Made by a program: the position numbers and the translations under genes
Notes under the pieces: generated by a model
The model's input: the letters and a program-made list of their open reading frames with translations, nothing else
Database searches by the model: none
Told to the model about the DNA's origin: nothing
Assembly (NCBI GenBank): GCA_963667035.1
Contig: OY762964.1
Span: forward strand, 2,368,001 to 2,432,000
Source of the DNA: Candidatus Cloacimonadales bacterium
GTDB taxonomy: Bacteria; Cloacimonadota; Cloacimonadia; Cloacimonadales; JAFGVF01
Direction: 5' to 3'
Length of the DNA stretch: 64,000 bases
Shown here: piece after piece, positions 38,007 to 47,642 of the stretch
Layout of the letters: every line of letters starts with the position of its first letter
Position numbering within the stretch: the first letter of the stretch is position 1

Positions 38007-38470
38007 TGAAGAAAGCTATTCTTTTTGTATTCATAGCTCTTTCTATTCTAATATGTAATGCCCAGGTAATCGAGAAAGCACCCGTACCATGGAAAGCCGC
38101 CACACTATCTTTTGTTCTACCGGGTGGAGGACAGATTTACAATAAAAGCTACTTGAAATCAGGTGTATTCTTTTTAGCGGAAGCAACATTCTTAGGAATG
38201 TCTATTTATCATCATAATGAAATGAAAGACTTTGGAGGAAAACGAAATTCAGTCGACGAAGAAGACTTCGAGCAATATGATATTTATAATGAAGACTATG
38301 AGTTTCACTATAAGAGAAGAAATTCATATTACTGGTGGCTTGGTATAAGCATTGTAGCAAGTATTACTGATGCTTATGTAGACGCCAGTTTATGGGATTA
38401 TGATGCTAAAAAATCTAAAATTCACTTGAATATGGGCGATAAAAACATAGGATTATCCTTGAGGTTCTAA
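38006..38470 (+). CDS. DUF5683-like membrane/secreted protein
   Basis: PWKAATLSFVLPGGGQIYN, DAYVDASL..YD, C-terminal Phe. Confidence 0.65.
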   Translation: MKKAILFVFIALSILICNAQVIEKAPVPWKAATLSFVLPGGGQIYNKSYLKSGVFFLAEATFLGMSIYHHNEMKDFGGKRNSVDEEDFEQYDIYNEDYEFHYKRRNSYYWWLGISIVASITDAYVDASLWDYDAKKSKIHLNMGDKNIGLSLRF

Positions 38471-38940
38471 TGGAATACTTAACTTGGTTAGAGACTGATT
38501 TCGGGACATTTGCAATAGTTGGTAACGATGAAGCTGTTACCGAGATAGGATTTAACTATGTCCCGGCTCCACCTGCAATACCTTATCATGAGATTGAGAA
38601 TGAGAATTTACAGTTAACTGTAAAAGAACTAAAATTATACTTCTCGGGTAAACTAAAGAAATTCACATGCAATATTGCTCCTGAAGGGACAGCCTTTCAG
38701 AAGTCCGTTTGGAAAGCTACCTGTGAGATACCTTATGGCAAGTTTATGTACTATTCAGATATTGCTATTGCTATCGGTAAACCAAACTCTGCTCGAGCTG
38801 TCGGAACAGCATTGAACAAAACTCCAACTCCAATCATTATCCCCTGTCATAGGGTAATTGGAAAGGGAGGAATCACAGGTTATGCCGGTAGTCCTTCAAC
38901 AAGATTAAAGCTATTACAACTTGAAGGTGCAAATGTTTAA
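38470..38940 (+). CDS. ogt: Methylated-DNA--protein-cysteine methyltransferase
   Basis: GTAFQKSVW...IPYG, ARAVG.A, active-site PCHRV. Confidence 0.93.
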   Translation: MEYLTWLETDFGTFAIVGNDEAVTEIGFNYVPAPPAIPYHEIENENLQLTVKELKLYFSGKLKKFTCNIAPEGTAFQKSVWKATCEIPYGKFMYYSDIAIAIGKPNSARAVGTALNKTPTPIIIPCHRVIGKGGITGYAGSPSTRLKLLQLEGANV

Positions 38941-39910
38941 GAGATTCTTTTTAATCTCTATAATAATCATCTTGTTCATTCCTCTATTTTCTCAATACAA
39001 CTTCATAACAATCAAAGGGAATGTATCAATAATTAAATGCGATCCCACTAAGAAACAACTTGGTACATATCTCAGTATAGAGATGGATAAGCATATAACC
39101 CATTTTCAGAAACAGATGGGAGTATATCCCGATAATTCCGTTGAGTTCATCATTGCTCCATCGGAAAAATGGTATAGAAGCCACACCTCTGATAAGCAAG
39201 AAATAATCAAACAGGCAAATGCATTCTACAGTCACAGAACTAGAGCAATAATCATTAGACCACAAGCTAATCTTAAAGGGATAAAAGGCTTAAAACAGGT
39301 CTTCCTACATGAATATATTCATTATTTCATTGATAGCTACATAGATAATGCTCCCTTATGGTTTCATGAGGGTATGGCTGTTTATTTCTCGGGACAACAT
39401 AGCTTCAATATGGAAGTGGTATTCGCACATAGCTATCTGTTTGGAACAAGAGCTAGGTTGACAGATATGAGAGACTCATATCCTCAGTCTAAGAATGACT
39501 GGGAAGCTTTTTATGCGGTATCTTCTCTAGCTGTTAAAACACTTTACAAAGAGTTTAAACCCGGTTTCTTTAAATTCTGGTATATAGCCGAAGAACTTAA
39601 ATCAGAGAAAAGACCTGTCCCCTTCTCAAGATTATTCAATAGTACTTTCTTCATGACAACGACAGGATTTGATAAGTATTTTGCTAGCATACAAAAGAAT
39701 ACTTTCTTGGGACATCTGTTTGGAGTATCGGCTAGTTTAGTAGGTCCATTGCTAACAGTATTTTTAATAATTGCTTATATAAAGAAACGTAAAAAATACA
39801 AACTATTGGTTAAACAATTGGAAGAGGAGGAACAGCATGAGGAATCCCTTGTCGGAAGAGATTCAATACCTGAAAGGTGTAGGACCGAAGAAAGCTCTCC
39901 AACTGAATAA
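38933..39910 (+). CDS. Peptidase MA-like zinc metallohydrolase, membrane anchored
   Basis: Signal peptide; HEYIH...PLWFHEGMA gluzincin motif; C-terminal TM; overlaps recG by 74 nt. Confidence 0.75.
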   Translation: MFKRFFLISIIIILFIPLFSQYNFITIKGNVSIIKCDPTKKQLGTYLSIEMDKHITHFQKQMGVYPDNSVEFIIAPSEKWYRSHTSDKQEIIKQANAFYSHRTRAIIIRPQANLKGIKGLKQVFLHEYIHYFIDSYIDNAPLWFHEGMAVYFSGQHSFNMEVVFAHSYLFGTRARLTDMRDSYPQSKNDWEAFYAVSSLAVKTLYKEFKPGFFKFWYIAEELKSEKRPVPFSRLFNSTFFMTTTGFDKYFASIQKNTFLGHLFGVSASLVGPLLTVFLIIAYIKKRKKYKLLVKQLEEEEQHEESLVGRDSIPERCRTEESSPTE

Positions 39911-41915
39911 ACTCAATATCTTTACTGTTGAAGATTTACTGGAGTTCTTTCCGAGAGATTATATTGAGAGATCTGTTCAGAGACCAATAGGAACACTAAA
40001 TGAGGGTGAAAATGTAACCGTTATCGGTCATATAATCTCTATTGAAAAGAGAGTAACAAACCGAGGTAAAACACAGCTCAATGTTATCGTTTCCGATGGT
40101 AGCAGTAATCTCCTTTGTGTCTGGTTTCGTTTCGGACAATGGATCACCAAAGATATGGTGATTGGAAAAACTATCTGGGTAAGCGGTAGAGTAGACTATT
40201 TTAGAGAGATGCCACAAATCGTTCATCCTGAATATGAGATTATTGATGAAGAGCACGATGATGATGACTTCTGGAAATCCAGACAGGTTTTACCTATCTA
40301 CTCATTAACTGCCGACTTTAAAATGAAGCAGATGAGAAAACTCATATACACTGCTTTTGAAAAGTATCATAATAACATTGATGAAACATTACCTCAATAT
40401 ATACTGGATAAATATGGATTCCCCAATAGGAAGATTGCTCTTCAGAAAGTGCACTTTCTCACTGACGTTTCCCAAAAATGGAAGAGTAAAGCACGTTTTA
40501 TTCTTGAGGAATTCCTATATACTCAGTTACTTTGGATTCGCACAAAACAGGATTACTATCGTTCAGGGATAAATTTTAAACCAACAGGTGTTTATACTAA
40601 GAAATTGTATGCAGACCTACCATTCAATCTTACTGAAGCTCAAAAGCGAGTTATAAAGGAAATCTTCTCAGATATGTCTTCTAAAAGACAAATGAATAGA
40701 TTACTCCAAGGTGATGTTGGAGCCGGTAAAACCATTGTTACTCTATTTGCTATGCTTCTGGCAATCGAAAACGGTTATCAAGCAGTACTTCTTGCCCCAA
40801 CAGAAATACTTGCCGAACAACACTATAAGACAATCTCTAAACTTCTATCCATATTCCCCGAAGTTAAAACAGCTCTTTTAAAAGGTGGAACTTACAAAGG
40901 TAAAAAGGACACTCTTAAGTTGATCGCTTCAGGGGAAGCTATGATTATTGTAGGTACTCATGCCCTCATTCAAAAGAGTGTTGATTATTATAAAGTAGGT
41001 CTAACTGTAGTAGATGAGCAACAGCGTTTCGGAGTCCAACAGCGTGCAGAGCTTGCGAGGAAGAACGGAAGCCCTGATATGCTATATCTCTCAGCTACAC
41101 CTATCCCCCGCTCTTTAGCATTAACAGTATACGGAGACTTAGAAATCAGCGTTCTGGACGAACTGCCTCCGGGTAGAAAACCTGTTAGAACTATCTGGAA
41201 GAACGAATCAAAAAAGCATCTTGTCTACTCTGAAATAGAAAGAGAGCTTGTTAAAGGTCGACAAATTTACATTGTCTGTCCTCTGATAGAAGAAACGGAG
41301 AAATCCGATTTGCTAGCAGCAGAGACATTATACGAGTACTTATGTAATGATGTATACCCTAGATACAAAATATCGCTTCTACACGGTAGAATGAAGAATA
41401 CCGAGAAAGATGAGATAATGAATTCCTTTAAAGATAGAGCTATCGATATTCTGGTTTCAACAACTGTCATTGAAGTAGGAATCGATGTTCCCAATGCTTC
41501 CGTTATGATGATTGAACATTCCGAGAGATTCGGGCTTAGTCAACTTCATCAATTACGCGGTAGAGTGGGAAGAGGCTCGGATGAAGCTTTCTGCTATCTT
41601 ATATCATACCCCCCGATTAGCAAGATTGGTGCAGAGAGACTAAGAACAATGACAGAAACTAATGATGGTTTTGCTATTGCAGAAAAGGATTTAGAACTAA
41701 GAGGACCGGGAGAGTTTTTTGGCACTAAACAATCAGGAGTCCCTGCCTTCAAGTTTGCCAATATCATTAAAGACAAAGATCTTCTGAATGAAGCTAAGGT
41801 TTTGGCTAAAGAAATCCTGACTAACGATCCTGAATTATCATCTACCGAGAACAGACTCCTCAAGGAGTATTATGACCGCCATTATAAGCATAGGGAAAAA
41901 CTTTTCAAATATTAA
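39837..41915 (+). CDS. recG: ATP-dependent DNA helicase RecG
   Basis: LKGVGP, RLLQGDVGAGKT, DEQQRFG, SATPIPR, QLRGRVGRG, DLELRGPGE. Confidence 0.97.
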   Translation: MRNPLSEEIQYLKGVGPKKALQLNKLNIFTVEDLLEFFPRDYIERSVQRPIGTLNEGENVTVIGHIISIEKRVTNRGKTQLNVIVSDGSSNLLCVWFRFGQWITKDMVIGKTIWVSGRVDYFREMPQIVHPEYEIIDEEHDDDDFWKSRQVLPIYSLTADFKMKQMRKLIYTAFEKYHNNIDETLPQYILDKYGFPNRKIALQKVHFLTDVSQKWKSKARFILEEFLYTQLLWIRTKQDYYRSGINFKPTGVYTKKLYADLPFNLTEAQKRVIKEIFSDMSSKRQMNRLLQGDVGAGKTIVTLFAMLLAIENGYQAVLLAPTEILAEQHYKTISKLLSIFPEVKTALLKGGTYKGKKDTLKLIASGEAMIIVGTHALIQKSVDYYKVGLTVVDEQQRFGVQQRAELARKNGSPDMLYLSATPIPRSLALTVYGDLEISVLDELPPGRKPVRTIWKNESKKHLVYSEIERELVKGRQIYIVCPLIEETEKSDLLAAETLYEYLCNDVYPRYKISLLHGRMKNTEKDEIMNSFKDRAIDILVSTTVIEVGIDVPNASVMMIEHSERFGLSQLHQLRGRVGRGSDEAFCYLISYPPISKIGAERLRTMTETNDGFAIAEKDLELRGPGEFFGTKQSGVPAFKFANIIKDKDLLNEAKVLAKEILTNDPELSSTENRLLKEYYDRHYKHREKLFKY

Positions 41916-41996
41916 TTCATAGCAGCTATTGAATTAATAATATCAACCATATTATCAATATTATTAATGTTAGCATTAATATTCTTAACTATTTTC

Positions 41997-42025
41997 TTGA
42001 CATATTTTGTATTGCAATATACTTT
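41997..42025 (+). promoter_or_regulatory. Putative sigma70 promoter for the DUF2089 operon
   Basis: TTGACA-N17-TACTTT. Confidence 0.55.
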
Positions 42026-42047
42026 AGCCTCATTAATGGAGGCAATA

Positions 42048-42407
42048 ATGAAAAAAGATACACTTTTAGCCTGCCCTGTATGTGAACATGACTTGGAAAT
42101 AGTAAGATACAGATGCCCTAGCTGTAATACTACAATAGACGGAAAGTTTAAGCCTTCCGGGCTTAGTGGATTAACAAGCAGCCAGCAGGAATTCGTAACT
42201 ATCTTCATGCTTGCAGAGGGTAATATTAAGGAAGTAGAAAAGCAATTAAACATATCATATCCAACTGTAAAAGCAAGATTAAAAGAAATCAAAGCCGTGT
42301 TACAATCACCGAGAAAAGAAGATGATTTACTTCTGATTCTCGAAGGGATTGAGGACGGAGAGCTCAGTGTAGATGATGCAATAGCAAAAATAGAGAAAAG
42401 GAGATAA
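42048..42407 (+). CDS. DUF2089 family zinc-ribbon/HTH protein
   Basis: CPVC...CPSC.T.I.GKF, GNIKEVEK.LNISYPTVKARL; ATG 42048 after GGAGG. Confidence 0.88.
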   Translation: MKKDTLLACPVCEHDLEIVRYRCPSCNTTIDGKFKPSGLSGLTSSQQEFVTIFMLAEGNIKEVEKQLNISYPTVKARLKEIKAVLQSPRKEDDLLLILEGIEDGELSVDDAIAKIEKRR

Positions 42408-42409
42408 CA

Positions 42410-43816
42410 ATGAAAAAAGAACTTAATCAATTACATGTCATCCCCCTTAAGTCAAACCCGACAATCGTGATTGAGTCCAACTATGTCAATGTTTTTGTTG
42501 AAGCTTCTCCTGATGAAAATGTCACTTTTGATGTACATTTAATCAGTAATGGCAAAGACTTGGAAGAATGTGATAACATTTATGAATTCAAGTCGGATAC
42601 GGAAGAAAACAAAGCATGGTTTGAATTCAATGAGGATGATGCATGCAATCTAAACATCGGAGAAAGTAGAGTTCTGGCTAAAGTCCCTACCGGTTCCAAG
42701 TTATCAGTTACCAATGAGAACGGTAGAATTAACTGTAAGGAAGTAACAGCTGAATTCACAATTGAAACGGAGAACGGGGCAATAGCAACATTCAATTGTA
42801 AAGGCAATATGGATGTTCAGAGTGAAAATGGTGCTATCAAAATTCATGGTATGGAGGGTGATTTAAATGCAGAAACAGAAAACGGACTTATCATGCTCAT
42901 CTCAGGGAAAGGTAATAACTTATCCTGTGAGACGGAAAACGGTAAAATTAAAATCGAAAAGGCCGACTATAGAACGATTAATCTTGAAACAGAGAACGGG
43001 AGAGTTATCTGTGAGGTTCCCGTTAGAAGTGAAGGGAACACAAGTATTGAAACTGAAAACGGTAGTGTAGACCTGATTATACCGGAAGAACTTGAGTTTA
43101 CTGCAGAATGTACTCTAGGCTATGGAAGTTTCAGTAATTCGGTTGATGTTGAAATTGAGACTATCAATAAAGAGGTTGATGAGAAGCATTATTGCATTGC
43201 TCGAGGTGACGGAACATACAAAATTAGCATTGAAACTGAAAACGGTAGTATAAGGCTAAAGGATAGTAACACTATCGGTATGGACGGAGTAAAGGTTGAA
43301 GTCAATCGCTTTAAAAACATGTGGAAAGAGCTTAGTGATGAAGAAGTTGATGTACGTGAGAAAGTGCAAAGGACTATAAAAGATATCGACTTCGATAAAA
43401 TCTCTAGGATATTAGAAAAGAAAGCAACTACTATCTCAAAGCGTTCAGTCCAGAAATCTATTGATGCTGCATTGAAAACAGTCAATAATCTTCAGGATAA
43501 ACTATGTAATTTGGAGATAAAGATATCCGATAACGTTGATGGAGAACCTAAAGTATATACTAAGAAGGTATTCGTAAGAAAAGATAAACATGAGAAGCAG
43601 GCAAATCCTTCTATGTCTAATCTGGATGAGATTGAAGATACTGTTAGTGTTGTAATAAACGACATCTCTGATGCTGTTGAAAAGGCTAATACTGCAACAA
43701 AGACAGTACCTAAACCAAGCGATAAAGGTCAAAGCAGACTCAAAATTCTTGATTTGCTGGAAAGAGGAGTTATAACCTCTGACCAAGCGGAAAGATTACT
43801 TGAAGCTATTAAATAA
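42410..43816 (+). CDS. DUF4097 beta-strand-repeat protein with SHOCT-like tail
   Basis: Repeated (E)TENG units; C-terminal RLKILDLLERGVITSDQAERLL. Confidence 0.82.
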   Translation: MKKELNQLHVIPLKSNPTIVIESNYVNVFVEASPDENVTFDVHLISNGKDLEECDNIYEFKSDTEENKAWFEFNEDDACNLNIGESRVLAKVPTGSKLSVTNENGRINCKEVTAEFTIETENGAIATFNCKGNMDVQSENGAIKIHGMEGDLNAETENGLIMLISGKGNNLSCETENGKIKIEKADYRTINLETENGRVICEVPVRSEGNTSIETENGSVDLIIPEELEFTAECTLGYGSFSNSVDVEIETINKEVDEKHYCIARGDGTYKISIETENGSIRLKDSNTIGMDGVKVEVNRFKNMWKELSDEEVDVREKVQRTIKDIDFDKISRILEKKATTISKRSVQKSIDAALKTVNNLQDKLCNLEIKISDNVDGEPKVYTKKVFVRKDKHEKQANPSMSNLDEIEDTVSVVINDISDAVEKANTATKTVPKPSDKGQSRLKILDLLERGVITSDQAERLLEAIK

Positions 43817-43855
43817 AATAATCTAAAGACCAAGGGTCTTCTTCAAATAACTCCC

Positions 43856-43883
43856 GGCTGATGACATAGTCATCAGCCTTTTT
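43856..43883 (+). terminator. Intrinsic terminator
   Basis: GGCTGATGAC-ATA-GTCATCAGCC-TTTTT. Confidence 0.85.
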
Positions 43884-43951
43884 ATAACAATAGATCTATG
43901 TATACAATGGTAAAAATATTGATAATGATTAATGTACTATTGGAGGTAAAT

Positions 43952-44976
43952 ATGACGTTATCCGGTACATGGATAGGCATGATAACAATGGGAGATGCAA
44001 CTCCAGAACTAGTATTTGAGATTTCACAAGACAATTCAGGACATTTGATAGGGAAACTGGGAATCCCCTCTAAGGGATTACAGAACCTCCCTTTGGATGA
44101 AGTGTTTATCACTTCTGACTACGTTGTACTTGGAATTACTGCTGCTCAAGCAAGATTTGAAGGTACTTTTAATCAGAATGAAATGGTCATCACAGGTGCT
44201 TGGAAAGAAGGCCCTAAAGAATATCCCCTTATTTTAACACCATTGAAAGAAGAAATTGACTTCGATAACTATCAGAATGTAAATTCCTCCTCCCTAGATT
44301 TCAGGTTTTCCGGTGCTAACTTTAAATACTATTCAGAAGAACAGGACATACAGATGCTGAATGAGTTATCCAAGACTCTTGAATCAAACTATCTGCGTAT
44401 AACCGAGAATTTGAGTACTAGCATGAGTTCATCTATAGATGTATCTATCCGAATTTAGACAAATTTCACCAGGCTATCGATTTCCCCAATGCCCCTGATT
44501 GGGTAGTTGGTGCTGCAAGTAAGGGTAAATTAAAAATGGTTAGTCCCAATAATCCCGGATCTGTGCATTCTTATGAATCACTTATGAAAGCAATCGTACA
44601 TGAACTTGCCCACACTATAGTTTTAAATATAAGGAATAAAGGACTCATAGGATTACTTAATTGGCTAAACGAAGGATATGCATATTATGAAGCTGGGCAG
44701 CTTACTGAAGAAGAAATCATATCCGTTCAAAACAATCTAGTTAACAATACAATTCCTTCTTGGCAAGAGCTACAAGTTGCAGATACGACTCAATTCGGAG
44801 ATTTGGGCGGATATGGAATATCAGCAACAATAGTGATGTTTATTGTTGAAAAGTATGGGTATCAGAAACTTAAACGGTTCATTATTGAACCTGAAAATAT
44901 TGAGTCGATTTTCAATATCTCAGAAGATGAATTTGATTCACTATGGAGAAGCTACCTATTGCTGTACAGCAGATGA
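43952..44976 (+). pseudogene. Frameshifted peptidase MA-family metallohydrolase
   Basis: ATG 43952 after GGAGG; frame breaks near 44442-44449. The other frame continues YPNLDKFHQAIDFPNAPDWVVG...HELAH...WLNEG into ORF 44536..44976. Confidence 0.75.
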
Positions 44977-45016
44977 TTAATCCTGCTTATTATCAGTTTT
45001 TATATTCCACCTCTTC

Positions 45017-47332
45017 TCAAAGAGGCGAGGTGAACAATTCCCTAATAGTCGAGGAATGCATTATTTTTCTATAGTGCTTCCATTCCTGAGGGAACAATCG
45101 TGTATAGTTACCGAATCTTCTGTCCAGAAGAAGTATTACTCCTTTGTCTTCAGCAGTTCTGATTACTCTACCCCCAGCTTGCATGACTCTGTTTAGTCCG
45201 GGGAATTTATAAGCAAAGTCAAATCCGTTTTTTCCTTCCGAGTCAAAGTATTCACGAATAAGGTTTCTTTCTAAGCATATTTGGGGAAGTCCAACTCCTA
45301 CAATTACGCATCCGGTAAGTTTGTCCCCTCTTAGGTCAATACCTTCTCCGAAGATTCCACCCATCACGGCAAATCCAATCAGATTACGTCTAGGACTAAA
45401 AGCACCTATAAACTCAAGTCTTTCTTCTTCGTTCATATCTCTTTTTTGCACAAGAACATATCTCTCATCATGTTTCTGTTGATAAGCTTCAAGTACGTCT
45501 TCCATATACTTGTACGAAGGGAAGAATACCAGCATGTTTCCTTCCCCAGAAGAAGCTAAGGCATAAATATTCTCAACCACTTCCGGTATCGAATCGTTTC
45601 TTTTCTGATAAGTTGTCTCAACTGTTGTATTAATAAGTAGTTTAAGGTTCTCTTTAGGGAAAGGAGACATAAGTTTCAAGAAAAGCTCTTCTCCGGTACC
45701 TCCGCAGAAATAGGTAAAATACTGTTCAGGAAGTAGGGTCGCAGAAAAGAAAACCGAACCTATAGCTCTTTTAAGGCATTCGGCATTCATTTGAGATGGA
45801 TCCATGCAATAAATCTTTATAAAGAACTTACCTGCATTGGAGAGATAGAAAGTAAACTTCTCATTCATAAACTCACTACTTCTAACGAACCGCCTGAAAA
45901 CAAAATATATATCCAACAACGCTTGACGCCAATCTGTCTGCAGGTTACGTGCGATCCAAGTCTCTGCATTATTAATGAACTTTCTAATCTTCTGCATTAG
46001 ATTCTTATCCAGTTCTCTCACTTCTTCTTGAATAAGCTCTTTTTTCATCTCTTTACGCCACTTCATAAGGTATCTTTCGATACTTTTAAGTGGTTTTACT
46101 ATATCCTCTTCTGCATTGTCTTTTAAGGCTTTAACAGCTTTCTTGATTTCAGCTAGCTTTATCTCTGCCGAGTACATGGCTCTGGTTCTTTCCGGAAAGT
46201 TGTGAGCTTCATCAATCAGGAAAAAGTATTCCCCATTCACGGGATCAAAGAATCTTCTCAGATAAACAGCAGGGTCAAAGGCATAATTATAGTCGGCGAT
46301 TATCACATCCGAGAAAAGAGAGATAAATAATGAAAATTCAAAGGGACAGATATAATACTTGTCAGCAATCTTATCTATCACATCTCTTTCAAAGATATCA
46401 TAGTTAAAGATTTCAATACTCGCCTCTTTTTGTCTGTCAAAGTAACCTTTTGCAAGAGGACAATCATCTCCGTCACATCTATGACTCGGATATCTGCAAA
46501 CCTTATCCTTGGCAGTTATAACAACTGATTTCAGTTTATGTTTTTCAGTAATGTCCTTCAAAGTATTCAAAGCTACAGTTCTACCTACAGTCTTTGCAGT
46601 AAGATAGAAAAGTTTATCGACTTTCCTCTCCCCCATCGCTTTGAGAGCCGGGAAAAGTGTCCCGATAGTTTTACCGATACCTGTTGGGGCTTGAACAAAA
46701 ATGTTCTCTTTATTTTTAACAGCATTATAAGTTGCAACTGACATATCTCTTTGGTTCATACGGAAATCACCATAGGGAAATTTTAACTCTTGAAGCCATC
46801 TGTCTCGGGAAGTGTGTTGGTCGGCTATCTTCACCGCCCAATCATAATATAGATTAACGGTTTCCAAGAAGAAACTCTCAAGTTCGTCAAAGTTAAAAGG
46901 TTTGACTATCTCACGAATCGTTTCCTCATCGAGCTGATAATATGTAAGTCTAATATCAATCTCGGACAACTCATTCGCTTTTGAGAAAATGTAAGCATAT
47001 ATTTTAGCTTGAGCCCAGTGCATGAAAGAGTTTTCATAGGTAATCTCGGACAATTGTCTGAAAGTAGACTTAATTTCTTCAATAAGGTAAGGTTCTCCCG
47101 GCATCACACCGTCAATTCTACCCTGTATTTCGATGTTAACTCTTTCAGTCTCATGAATATGTTTAAATGCAACTTCGGCTAGATAGTTTTCCGGTCTTGA
47201 TTTCTGTATTTTCTGATGAGCTCTTGTTCCTGCCAAAGCTCTTTTTTGACTTACAAAAACAGACTTCATATCTCCCGATTGATATGAGAATCCGATAAGG
47301 TCTCTAACTGATATCTTCAATGTCTCTTTCAT
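45017..47332 (-). CDS. DinG/Rad3-family Fe-S helicase with N-terminal PD-(D/E)XK nuclease-like domain
   Basis: G..H, GRIDG, EEIKS, Q...Y; APTGIGKT; four Cys (C..C..C..CPFE); DEAHN; FSATL; QAGGRVIR. Confidence 0.9.
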   Translation of the reverse strand: MKETLKISVRDLIGFSYQSGDMKSVFVSQKRALAGTRAHQKIQKSRPENYLAEVAFKHIHETERVNIEIQGRIDGVMPGEPYLIEEIKSTFRQLSEITYENSFMHWAQAKIYAYIFSKANELSEIDIRLTYYQLDEETIREIVKPFNFDELESFFLETVNLYYDWAVKIADQHTSRDRWLQELKFPYGDFRMNQRDMSVATYNAVKNKENIFVQAPTGIGKTIGTLFPALKAMGERKVDKLFYLTAKTVGRTVALNTLKDITEKHKLKSVVITAKDKVCRYPSHRCDGDDCPLAKGYFDRQKEASIEIFNYDIFERDVIDKIADKYYICPFEFSLFISLFSDVIIADYNYAFDPAVYLRRFFDPVNGEYFFLIDEAHNFPERTRAMYSAEIKLAEIKKAVKALKDNAEEDIVKPLKSIERYLMKWRKEMKKELIQEEVRELDKNLMQKIRKFINNAETWIARNLQTDWRQALLDIYFVFRRFVRSSEFMNEKFTFYLSNAGKFFIKIYCMDPSQMNAECLKRAIGSVFFSATLLPEQYFTYFCGGTGEELFLKLMSPFPKENLKLLINTTVETTYQKRNDSIPEVVENIYALASSGEGNMLVFFPSYKYMEDVLEAYQQKHDERYVLVQKRDMNEEERLEFIGAFSPRRNLIGFAVMGGIFGEGIDLRGDKLTGCVIVGVGLPQICLERNLIREYFDSEGKNGFDFAYKFPGLNRVMQAGGRVIRTAEDKGVILLLDRRFGNYTRLFPQEWKHYRKIMHSSTIRELFTSPL

Positions 47333-47383
47333 AACTGAAGGATTTGATGCTTAGCTTTCTTTGTCAATTCATATCTACGAAAA

Positions 47384-47526
47384 CTTAAGTATCTCTTAAG
47401 TCCTTCTTTGCTCTATCTTAATTCTAATTAATCTCTTTCTCATTACCAATTTGTTCCTCGTTAGCTTCCCGTTAGATCCTCGTTACAACGGATGAGAAAG
47501 AAATTGGAAAGAAACGGGATAGAAAT
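47384..47526. repeat. 11-bp-phased imperfect inverted repeat array
   Basis: CTT(A/T) at 47384/47395/47406/47417; CYCGTT at 47457/47468/47479; centre CGTT-AC-AACG; AGAAA at 47499/47510/47521; CTTTCTCAT / ATGAGAAAG inverted pair. Confidence 0.6.
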
Positions 47527-47642
47527 ACTCTTTTATCATCTGTTATAGTAAAGCAATGAAATTGATGTAAACCTTATAGATAAATATAAAGAAAGAACTT
47601 GACGTGTAGTCTATAATTGGGACATTCCCAAAACAAATTAAG

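Noticed and set aside
41912..42430. 172-aa minus-strand ORF
   Set aside because: Antisense to the well-supported DUF2089 gene; low-complexity translation.
42700..43250. GAAACNGAAAACGG DNA repeats
   Set aside because: Explained by the coding ETENG repeats of the DUF4097 protein.
46700..47332. Cas4 or type IV CRISPR DinG
   Set aside because: The nuclease domain lacks the Cas4 Cys cluster, and there is no array or cas operon; this fits the stand-alone nuclease-helicase fusion.
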